64,000 nt of DNA from Erysipelotrichaceae bacterium (GTDB taxonomy: Bacteria; Bacillota_I; Bacilli_A; Erysipelotrichales; Erysipelotrichaceae), in NCBI GenBank assembly GCA_045642525.1, contig JAZUIZ010000039.1, forward strand, positions 13,174 to 77,173, in the 5' to 3' direction. Below are positions 19,157 through 26,898 of the stretch, piece after piece. The notes beneath the pieces are model-generated. The model saw nothing but the letters and a program-made list of their open reading frames with translations, was not told where the DNA came from and ran no database searches. Positions within the stretch are counted from its first letter, which is position 1. Each line of letters opens with the position of its first letter. The translations under genes and the position numbers were made by a program.

Positions 19157-20293
19157 ATGAAGAAATTATTTGTGACTTTATTAAGCTTAGCGTTAATTTT
19201 GTCCTTGACTGGATGTGGAGAAAATGAAAATAAAAACTGCATAGTAATTGGTGGATCTGGACCATTAACTGGTCCTGCTAGTGAATATGGTGAAGCTGTT
19301 AAATATGGTGCTGAGATTGCAGTTGATGAAATCAATGCTTTAGGTGGTTTGCAGTTTAAATTAAATATTGAAGATGACAAACACGATCAAGAGCTTGCAA
19401 CGAATGCTTATGCAACATTAAAAGATAAAGGCATTCAAGTATCTTTGCTTTGTGTTACAACACTTCCTGCTATAGCTGTTGCTTCACTTACGAATGCTGA
19501 TGGTATTTTTGCACTTACACCATCTGCATCTGGTGATGATGTTATTTCTTCTGGCGAATATATATTTAGAATGTGTTTTGGTGATCCTGAACAAGGCGTA
19601 TTTGCTGCAAACTATATTAGAAACAAAGCATTAGCAAAAAATGTTGCAGTTATATATGACAAGTCAGATGATTACTCTAAAGGTATTCATGATTCATTTA
19701 TTAAAGAAGCATCTGCAATGGGAATAAAAGTTGTTGCAGACACTGTGTTTACATCCGATAGCAATACTGATTTTTCAACACAAATAAAAGAAATAAAAGA
19801 TAGTGGTGCTGAATTACTGTTTATGCCTATCTATTATAATGAAGCATATCAAATCATCATTGAAGCTAACAAACAGTCTTGCAATACTATCTTCTTTGGC
19901 TGTGATGGTTTGGATGGTATTTTAAGAATTGATGGTGTTGATAATAATAAATTAGAAGGTGTTTATTTGTTAACTCCATTTACTGCATCTTCATCTGATT
20001 CGGCAACAGTAAACTTTGTTGAAAAATTTAAAGCAAAAGTAGGAAAAGAACCAAATCAATTTGCAGCTGATGCATATGATTGTGTATATGCTATTTATAA
20101 TGCATGTAAAGAAAATAATATTACTTATGATATGTCAGCACAAGATATTGGAAATATCTTAAAAGACTATTTTGCCAAAATGAGTTTTAATGGTTTAACT
20201 GGTAATAATGTAACTTGGTCGGCAAATGGCAAAGTATCAAAATCTCCAAAGACATATTGTATTAAAAATGGAATTTACGAGAATGTTGATTAA
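19157..20293 (+). CDS. livJ: Branched-chain amino acid ABC transporter substrate-binding lipoprotein
   Basis: Signal peptide MKKLFVTLLSLALILSLTGC with lipobox. Type I periplasmic-binding fold of the Leu/Ile/Val family (GGSGPLTGPASEYG...). I chose the ATG at 19157, 7 nt after GAAGGGGGA, over the track start at 19103, which runs through the terminator hairpin. Confidence 0.8.
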   Translation: MKKLFVTLLSLALILSLTGCGENENKNCIVIGGSGPLTGPASEYGEAVKYGAEIAVDEINALGGLQFKLNIEDDKHDQELATNAYATLKDKGIQVSLLCVTTLPAIAVASLTNADGIFALTPSASGDDVISSGEYIFRMCFGDPEQGVFAANYIRNKALAKNVAVIYDKSDDYSKGIHDSFIKEASAMGIKVVADTVFTSDSNTDFSTQIKEIKDSGAELLFMPIYYNEAYQIIIEANKQSCNTIFFGCDGLDGILRIDGVDNNKLEGVYLLTPFTASSSDSATVNFVEKFKAKVGKEPNQFAADAYDCVYAIYNACKENNITYDMSAQDIGNILKDYFAKMSFNGLTGNNVTWSANGKVSKSPKTYCIKNGIYENVD

Positions 20294-20301
20294 TAAATAA
20301 T

Positions 20302-21174
20302 ATGCGTTTTTTATCTTATATTATTGATGGAATTAGTTTGGGAAGTGTATACGCGATAATTGCGTTAGGTTACACTATGGTGTATGGCATTGCAAAAATG
20401 TTAAACTTTGCACATGGTGACATTATTATGGTTGGCTCATACATCATTTTCATGATGGTTGCTAAATTAAATCTTCCAATTTTTATATCAATAATAATAG
20501 GAATAATTGCTTGTACATTGTTAGGAATTATTATTGAAAAATTTGCATACAAGCCTTTAAGAAATGCAACATCACTAGCTGTTTTAATTACAGCTATTGG
20601 TGTTTCTTATTTTCTACAAAATGGTGCTCAATTAATATGGACATCATCAACAAGAATGTTCCCAACTGTTTTTTCTAGTACTATCAATATAGGTAATTTA
20701 CAAATTCCATATCTTACTATAGCTACAATTGTAGTATGTGTTTTAATTATGATTTTATTGATGATATTTGTTAATAAGACAAAAACAGGTATGGCTATGC
20801 GAGCTTGTTCAGAAGATAAAGGTGCTGCTAGTTTGATGGGAATAAATGTAAACAAGACTATTTCTTTAACATTTGCTATTGGTTCTGGTTTAGCAGCCGT
20901 TGCTTCATTTTTATTATCTGCTGCCTATCCAGCAATTAATCCTACGATGGGATCAATGCCCGGAATAAAAGCATTCACTGCAGCAGTATTTGGGGGAATT
21001 GGTTCGATTCCTGGAGCATTTATTGGAGGAGTATTACTTGGTATTATAGAAATATTTACAAAAGCATATATATCAACAGAACTATCTGATGCAATTGTGT
21101 TTGCCGTATTGATTGTTGTCTTACTAATAAAGCCAACTGGTTTATTAGGCAAAAAGGCAAAGGAGAAGGTATAG
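20302..21174 (+). CDS. livH: Branched-chain amino acid ABC transporter permease
   Basis: N-terminus DGISLGSVYAIIALGYTMVYG is the typical LivH signature. Confidence 0.88.
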   Translation: MRFLSYIIDGISLGSVYAIIALGYTMVYGIAKMLNFAHGDIIMVGSYIIFMMVAKLNLPIFISIIIGIIACTLLGIIIEKFAYKPLRNATSLAVLITAIGVSYFLQNGAQLIWTSSTRMFPTVFSSTINIGNLQIPYLTIATIVVCVLIMILLMIFVNKTKTGMAMRACSEDKGAASLMGINVNKTISLTFAIGSGLAAVASFLLSAAYPAINPTMGSMPGIKAFTAAVFGGIGSIPGAFIGGVLLGIIEIFTKAYISTELSDAIVFAVLIVVLLIKPTGLLGKKAKEKV

Positions 21175-22208
21175 TGATTAAATTATTCGATAAAAAGCAT
21201 AAGAAAAAAACTATATCATTTGCACTAGTTATTGGATTATATGTGATTGTAGAAATATTATTAAATACAAACAATCTATCTAATCTAATACAATCATTGT
21301 TGGTTCCAGTGTGCTGTTATATTGTTGCAGCATTAGCTCTTAATATGGTTGTTGGAATATCAGGAAATTTATCATTAGGCCAAGCTGGATTTATGTCAGT
21401 CGGTGCTTTCACTAGTGCTATTGTTGTTGGACTATTACATAATGTTATAAGTTCAAAAATATTGTTATTAATTATTGCGGTTTTAATCGCAGGAATTAGC
21501 GCATCATTATTTGGACTTATAGTTGGTATACCAGTACTAAAGTTAGAGGGTGATTATTTAGCAATCGTTACACTAGCATTCGGTCAAATTATCAAAAGTC
21601 TAATAAATAATTTATATGTTGCAGTAGACAATGGAATAAAAACTAGTTTTGTAGATAATAATATTAATTTATCATCATCTGGAGAAATGATTGTTAAAGG
21701 GCCTACTGGCGCTGTTATCATGAGTCGCTTATCTTCTTTTACTGCAGGAGTAGTGTTAATCATTATAACTTTGATAATTATTTATAATTTAATAGATTCC
21801 AAACACGGTAGAGCAATTTTGGCATGCCGCGATAATGAAGTTGCTGCAACATCGGTTGGAATTAAAGCAAGCAAATATAAAATACTTGTCTTTGTTTTGT
21901 CTGCGGGATTATGTGGTATGGCTGGTGCAATTTATGCTTTAAATTATTCTAGTATTACAGCCGCAAAATTTGATTATAATGCCTCAATAATGATTTTAGT
22001 ATATGTTGTGCTAGGGGGACTTGGTAACATGCCTGGCACAATTATATCTACTATTGTTTTATTGCTTTTACCTGAATTATTAAGAGGTTTAAAAGATTAT
22101 CGTATGTTAATATATGCAATTGTTTTAATTGTCATAATGTTAATAAAAAACAATGAAAAAATAAACAATATATTCAAAAGAATAATGAAGAAAGATAAAA
22201 CAAAATGA
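21174..22208 (+). CDS. livM: Branched-chain amino acid ABC transporter permease
   Basis: LivM-type core (NLSLGQAGFMSVGAF, GDYLAIVTLAFGQI). GTG start after AAGGAGAAGG. Confidence 0.85.
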   Translation: MIKLFDKKHKKKTISFALVIGLYVIVEILLNTNNLSNLIQSLLVPVCCYIVAALALNMVVGISGNLSLGQAGFMSVGAFTSAIVVGLLHNVISSKILLLIIAVLIAGISASLFGLIVGIPVLKLEGDYLAIVTLAFGQIIKSLINNLYVAVDNGIKTSFVDNNINLSSSGEMIVKGPTGAVIMSRLSSFTAGVVLIIITLIIIYNLIDSKHGRAILACRDNEVAATSVGIKASKYKILVFVLSAGLCGMAGAIYALNYSSITAAKFDYNASIMILVYVVLGGLGNMPGTIISTIVLLLLPELLRGLKDYRMLIYAIVLIVIMLIKNNEKINNIFKRIMKKDKTK

Positions 22209-22963
22209 GTTTATTAATTACGAAAAATTTAGGTATTGATTTTGGAGGATTAACTGCGGTTAATAATTTTAATTTTGAAATCAATGATGGTGAAATCGTT
22301 GGCTTAATTGGGCCGAACGGCGCTGGCAAAACAACTGTTTTTAATTTACTTACAAAAGTTTATAAACCAACAAGAGGAAGTATTACTTTAAAAGACAAAG
22401 ATATTACTTCTTTAAGTACTATCGAAGTGAATAAACTTGGTATTGCTAGAACATTTCAAAATATTAGATTGTTTTCTAATATGAGCGTTATAGAAAATGT
22501 TTTAACTGCTTTCCATAATTTTATTGATTACTCTTTATTTTCTTCTATTTTGAAACTTCCAAAGTATTCTAGAGAAGAAGAAAGAGTCTATAATGAAGCA
22601 ATTGAACTGTTACATATATTTGGTTTGGACTCAAAAAAAGATGAAATTGCATCTAATTTATCATATGGCGAACAAAGAAAACTTGAAATTGTAAGAGCTC
22701 TTGCAACAAAGCCATGTTTATTATTGTTAGATGAACCGGCAGCTGGCATGAATCCTAGTGAAACTAGTGAATTGATGAACACAATAAAATTCATTAGAGA
22801 CAAGTTTAATATATCTATTTTATTAATTGAACACGATATGAATTTGGTTATGAATGTATGTGAAAGAATATATGTGCTGAATTTTGGTATGATGTTAGCG
22901 CAAGGAAAACCAGAAGATATTAAGAATAACAAAGATGTTATAAAGGCATATTTGGGAGACTAG
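22205..22963 (+). CDS. livG: Branched-chain amino acid ABC transporter ATP-binding protein
   Basis: Walker A GPNGAGKTT, signature LSYGEQRKLE, Walker B LLLLDEPAAGM. ATGA overlap with livM. Confidence 0.88.
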   Translation: MSLLITKNLGIDFGGLTAVNNFNFEINDGEIVGLIGPNGAGKTTVFNLLTKVYKPTRGSITLKDKDITSLSTIEVNKLGIARTFQNIRLFSNMSVIENVLTAFHNFIDYSLFSSILKLPKYSREEERVYNEAIELLHIFGLDSKKDEIASNLSYGEQRKLEIVRALATKPCLLLLDEPAAGMNPSETSELMNTIKFIRDKFNISILLIEHDMNLVMNVCERIYVLNFGMMLAQGKPEDIKNNKDVIKAYLGD

Positions 22964-22964
22964 A

Positions 22965-23663
22965 ATGTTAAAGATAGAAGATTTGCATGTTAGCTATGGA
23001 ATGATAGAAGCCGTAAAAGGTATATCTTTTGATTTGGATGATGGCGAAATTGTATCGTTAATTGGCGCTAATGGTGCTGGAAAAACAACAACCATGCATA
23101 CTATTTCTGGATTAATTCGTCCAACTAGTGGAACTATTATTTTTGATGATAAAGATATATTAAAGATTAGCTCAGATAACATTGTTAGACAGGGACTTGC
23201 ACAGGTGCCAGAAGGCCGAAGAGTATTTAAAAATATGAGTGTTGAAGAAAATTTATATTTAGGTGCATATTTGAGAAAAGGCAATATAAATGATGATTTT
23301 GAAAATGTTTATAAATTATTTCCACGATTAAAAGAGAGAAAAGAACAACTTGCGGGAACTTTATCTGGTGGTGAACAACAAATGCTAGCGATGGGACGCG
23401 CTTTGATGTCTAAACCAAAATTGTTATTATTAGATGAACCAAGTATGGGATTATCGCCATTACTTGTAAAAGAAATCTTTAATATAATAAAAGAAATAAA
23501 TAAAAATGGAACATCAATATTATTAGTTGAACAAAACGCAAAAATGGCGCTTGCAATATCTAATAGGGCATATGTATTAGAAACTGGAAAAATTGTTATG
23601 TCTGGAACTGGAGAAGAATTATTAAAATCTGAAGATATAAAGAAAGCATACCTTGGAGGTTAA
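22965..23663 (+). CDS. livF: Branched-chain amino acid ABC transporter ATP-binding protein
   Basis: Walker A GANGAGKTT, signature LSGGEQQML, Walker B LLLLDEPSMGL. Confidence 0.88.
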   Translation: MLKIEDLHVSYGMIEAVKGISFDLDDGEIVSLIGANGAGKTTTMHTISGLIRPTSGTIIFDDKDILKISSDNIVRQGLAQVPEGRRVFKNMSVEENLYLGAYLRKGNINDDFENVYKLFPRLKERKEQLAGTLSGGEQQMLAMGRALMSKPKLLLLDEPSMGLSPLLVKEIFNIIKEINKNGTSILLVEQNAKMALAISNRAYVLETGKIVMSGTGEELLKSEDIKKAYLGG

Positions 23664-23665
23664 TT

Positions 23666-24313
23666 ATGTACGTAAAAGATAATATGTCGAGAAATCCTTA
23701 TACTATTGGATTGGATCAATCAGTATCAGAAGCATTAGATATTATGTCTGCATCAAAAATTCATAGACTACCAGTTGTGAATCAAAAAGGACAATTATTA
23801 GGTTTGGTGACTGAAGGCTTAATTAGTTCTAATACGCCAAATAATTCATCATCTTTATCAGTGTATGAATTAAATTATTTGTTGAACAAACTGCAAATAA
23901 AAGACATCATGATAAAAGAACCATTTACCATCGGTCCTGATGCTTTATTAGAAGAAGCAGCAACAAAATTAAGAAAAAACGATATAGGATGTTTGCCTGT
24001 TGTTGATGAAAACAATATGTTGCTTGGAATAATTACCCAAAATGATATATTTGATGCTTTTATTACTCTTCTTGGATACAATACAAATGGTTCAAGATAT
24101 GTTATTAAAGTGAAGGAAGATGAAACTGGCATTATGAAAGGTATTGCGAAAGTATGTTCCGATAACGGTGTGTCAATATCGAATTTAGCTGTTTATCACA
24201 CCGATAGAGGAATCGAAGTTGTTGTTATAACATATGGCAACAGAAATATAACTGATAATTTTGTATCTGCAGGATATGATGTAACAAGTTATATGAGTTT
24301 AGAAAATAAATAA
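23666..24313 (+). CDS. CBS-pair plus ACT domain protein (AcuB-like)
   Basis: Two CBS repeats (IHRLPVVNQKGQLLGLVTE and IGCLPVVDENNMLLGIITQNDI). The C-terminal 70 aa have ACT-like alternation (YVIKVKEDETGIMKGIAKVCSDNGVSISNLAV). It starts 2 nt after the livF stop, with GGAGG. Confidence 0.7.
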   Translation: MYVKDNMSRNPYTIGLDQSVSEALDIMSASKIHRLPVVNQKGQLLGLVTEGLISSNTPNNSSSLSVYELNYLLNKLQIKDIMIKEPFTIGPDALLEEAATKLRKNDIGCLPVVDENNMLLGIITQNDIFDAFITLLGYNTNGSRYVIKVKEDETGIMKGIAKVCSDNGVSISNLAVYHTDRGIEVVVITYGNRNITDNFVSAGYDVTSYMSLENK

Positions 24314-25110
24314 TGAAAAAACTATTTTTATGCGATATTGATGGAACTATTTTAGATGGTTCTAGAAATATGCCAAACATTTCTGAAAAAACTAAATATG
24401 CAATTAGAGAATTGACTAAAGAGCATTATGTTTTTATAGCTTCTGGAAGAAACAAGAGATTATTAAATAAGCAAATTTTTGATTTGAATCCTAATGGCTA
24501 TATTTTATGTAATGGGGCATATGCTGAAGTTGATGGTAAAGAAATAGTTTCTGAATTTTATAATCAAGAAACTGTTAATAAAATTATTGAAACAAGTTTA
24601 AATAATAATGGATTTTATGTTCTTGAGACATTAAACAGGTTGTTCGTTAATGATATAAAAGCTGAGCAATTTATTAAGTTTTTGAGTGCTTGGGGCACTT
24701 CTTTAGAAGGATTTGAAAATAGACCAGTGCTTGAAGGAAAATATCATATCGCAATGATCGGTTTTTCAAAAGAAGCAGATTGTCAAAAAGCTGAAAAAGA
24801 ATTGAACGATTATGTCGATATTGCTAGACATCATGATTTTTTATCTTATGATTTAAATATTAAAGGTATTAATAAAGGCTTGTGTGCTGAAAAGGTTATT
24901 AAATATTTAGGAATTGATCATGAGAATACATATTGTTTTGGCGATGGTATAAATGATTTGGAAATGTTGCAAGCTGTAGGGCATCCAGTTATGATGGCTA
25001 ATGCCGATAAACGCTTAAGAGAATATCATTTCGAAGAAACTGATGATGTGATAGATGATGGCTTATATAATTATCTAGTTAGAAATCAGTTGATTAAACC
25101 TATCAAATAA
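24313..25110 (+). CDS. Cof-type HAD-IIB phosphatase
   Basis: Motif I DIDGT, motif IV GDGINDLEM, about 265 aa. TAATG overlap with the CBS-ACT gene. Confidence 0.85.
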   Translation: MKKLFLCDIDGTILDGSRNMPNISEKTKYAIRELTKEHYVFIASGRNKRLLNKQIFDLNPNGYILCNGAYAEVDGKEIVSEFYNQETVNKIIETSLNNNGFYVLETLNRLFVNDIKAEQFIKFLSAWGTSLEGFENRPVLEGKYHIAMIGFSKEADCQKAEKELNDYVDIARHHDFLSYDLNIKGINKGLCAEKVIKYLGIDHENTYCFGDGINDLEMLQAVGHPVMMANADKRLREYHFEETDDVIDDGLYNYLVRNQLIKPIK

Positions 25111-25228
25111 ATAATCGACTTTACATTTTAGGCTAATAATGTGCCTTTTATAAAGCGGATTTAATTGTTGTTTATTAATATTATTAAAATATATAATTAT
25201 TGGTAGATATTTAAGTATCTATTACTAT

Positions 25229-26179
25229 ATGCAAAAACGCACATCTGTATTGAAAATTATAGTATTAATTCTAATATTTGCTATTATTGTTTTTTCTGTA
25301 GCTTTGATTTCTTTATACAATACTGTCAATAATAACGAAGAAACAATATCTTCTTTAAATGAACAACATAATACTAATGGTATTGATGTTGATGAAATTA
25401 ATAATAAAATCAGTGATTTGAATAAAAAGACTAATGATTTCATTAATGACTTGGATAAAAATGATTCGTTAAATAATGATATTGAGAGTTTAAAAGGCGA
25501 TGTAGGATCTTTGTATATAAGTAATTACAAAAATTCTAGTCAAAATAATGATTTAAGTAATGAGTTGCAACAATTAAAGAATGAACTTTCATCTTTACAA
25601 AAAACAATTGACAAGCAACAAGATGATATAGATGCTTTAAAATCTTTAAATTCAAATCAAGTAATTGGTGCTATTGTTGCTTATGCTGGTAGTAGTATTC
25701 CTGATAATTATTTAGAATGTAATGGCCAAGAAGTGAGTAGAAGTACCTATGCTGATTTGTTTTCTATTATTGGTACAAGTTATGGTGATGGTGATGGCAA
25801 CACTACATTCAATCTTCCTAACTTACAAGACAAATTTCCAATGGCTTCATCTACCGAAACTATGGGCAGTTTTATTAGTCCAGGATTACCAAATATTACT
25901 GGAACAATTGTAGAAACTCCTTATCCTGTTAATCCAGCTACTACTGGTGTTCCGTCTATTACTGGAGCTTTTAAAAATAGTGTTATCGGCTCTTCTAACG
26001 GTTGGACTGATGGTGGCTCTGGAAGAAAACCTGTTACTACTAAAAATTTCTCTGCAGCAGATGGTGAAGTTCATAACATTGGCGGTATTGATACTTATAG
26101 AAATGATATATATGGTAAATCGGAAACGGTTCAACCAGCATCTTTAATAATTAAATATATTATCAAAGTAAAAGAATGA
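25229..26179 (+). CDS. Membrane-anchored coiled-coil protein with a C-terminal phage-tail-collar domain
   Basis: N-terminal TM segment (VLKIIVLILIFAIIVFSVALISL). About 110 aa of N/D/L/Q-rich heptad-like sequence. Collar signature GAIVAYAGSSIPDNYLECNGQEVSRSTYADLFSIIGTSYGDGDGNTTFNLPNLQDKFP. No SD is evident; TATAAT lies at 25192-25197. Confidence 0.7.
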   Translation: MQKRTSVLKIIVLILIFAIIVFSVALISLYNTVNNNEETISSLNEQHNTNGIDVDEINNKISDLNKKTNDFINDLDKNDSLNNDIESLKGDVGSLYISNYKNSSQNNDLSNELQQLKNELSSLQKTIDKQQDDIDALKSLNSNQVIGAIVAYAGSSIPDNYLECNGQEVSRSTYADLFSIIGTSYGDGDGNTTFNLPNLQDKFPMASSTETMGSFISPGLPNITGTIVETPYPVNPATTGVPSITGAFKNSVIGSSNGWTDGGSGRKPVTTKNFSAADGEVHNIGGIDTYRNDIYGKSETVQPASLIIKYIIKVKE

Positions 26180-26300
26180 TAAAACTTTAATCTTTAAAGT
26201 ATGCTCGATTGTTTTATATTAATTTCCCGTTAATATGAAGTCAGTTGATTAAACTTCCCTAATTGATGTAAAATTAAATAAGTATTAGAGGAGAATAACT

Positions 26301-26690
26301 ATGGGATTTAGTGATAAATTAAAAAATTTCATCGCTCCTGAAGATGACGAGGAGGAATTGGAATTGACAAGAGCAGAAGCAGCAGCTGTATCTCCATATG
26401 AAAAATCTGGATCAACTATTACTGCTGATACAAATATCGTATTATTTGAACCAAGAAATTTTGATGAAGCAGAAGAAATTGGTCATCATATAAAAAGTAG
26501 AAGAGCTTGTTGTATCAACTTGCATCGTCTTCCATCTGAATATCGTCAAAGAATTATTGATTTCTTATCAGGTGTAGTGTATGGTGTTGATGGGTCAATA
26601 AAGAGAATTGGTGAAAATGTAATATTATGTTCACCAAAGAATTTACAAGTTGGTGGTGAAATCAACTTGGCTGCTGAACAAGAAGATTAA
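26301..26690 (+). CDS. sepF: Cell division protein SepF
   Basis: N-terminal amphipathic helix MGFSDKLKNFI, an acidic linker, then a DUF552 core (VLFEPRNFDEAEEIGHHIKSRRACCINLHRL...IDFLSGVVYGVDGSIKRIGENVILCSP). RBS AGAGGAGAA. Confidence 0.85.
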   Translation: MGFSDKLKNFIAPEDDEEELELTRAEAAAVSPYEKSGSTITADTNIVLFEPRNFDEAEEIGHHIKSRRACCINLHRLPSEYRQRIIDFLSGVVYGVDGSIKRIGENVILCSPKNLQVGGEINLAAEQED

Positions 26691-26704
26691 GCATAGATTA
26701 AGAC

Positions 26705-26886
26705 ATGTTTGGATAATGATTATTGTAGAGAGTTAACATTTGGTGAAAGTTAATATATAGTTATTCAAAAATCACTTATGAGCTTCGATAGAAAAAGTAT
26801 CGACGTAACTCGCGTTAAGAGATGAAGTAATAAGTTAAGGTGGTACCGCGTAATATTACGCCCTTTGGTAACACCTTTTTATTTTA
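26705..26886 (+). promoter_or_regulatory. T-box leader (tRNA-Ile sensing) with terminator, upstream of ileS
   Basis: Stem I AGAGA (26727-26731). Distal loop TGGTGAAAG closed by GTTAAC/GTTAAT. Candidate specifier AUC followed by A at 26771-26774. Stem III TCGATA/TATCGA. T-box core GGTGGTACCGCG (26839-26850). Palindrome GCGTAATATTACGC. Terminator AAGGTGGTACC/GGTAACACCTT followed by a T-run. Confidence 0.85.
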
Positions 26887-26898
26887 GGAGGATATTTT

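Noticed and set aside
25229-26179. The tail-collar gene as evidence of a prophage or phage remnant.
   Set aside because: No other phage-type genes (capsid, terminase, integrase, holin/lysin, repressor) and no att-like repeats are visible within at least 10 kb on either side. The flanks are housekeeping genes.
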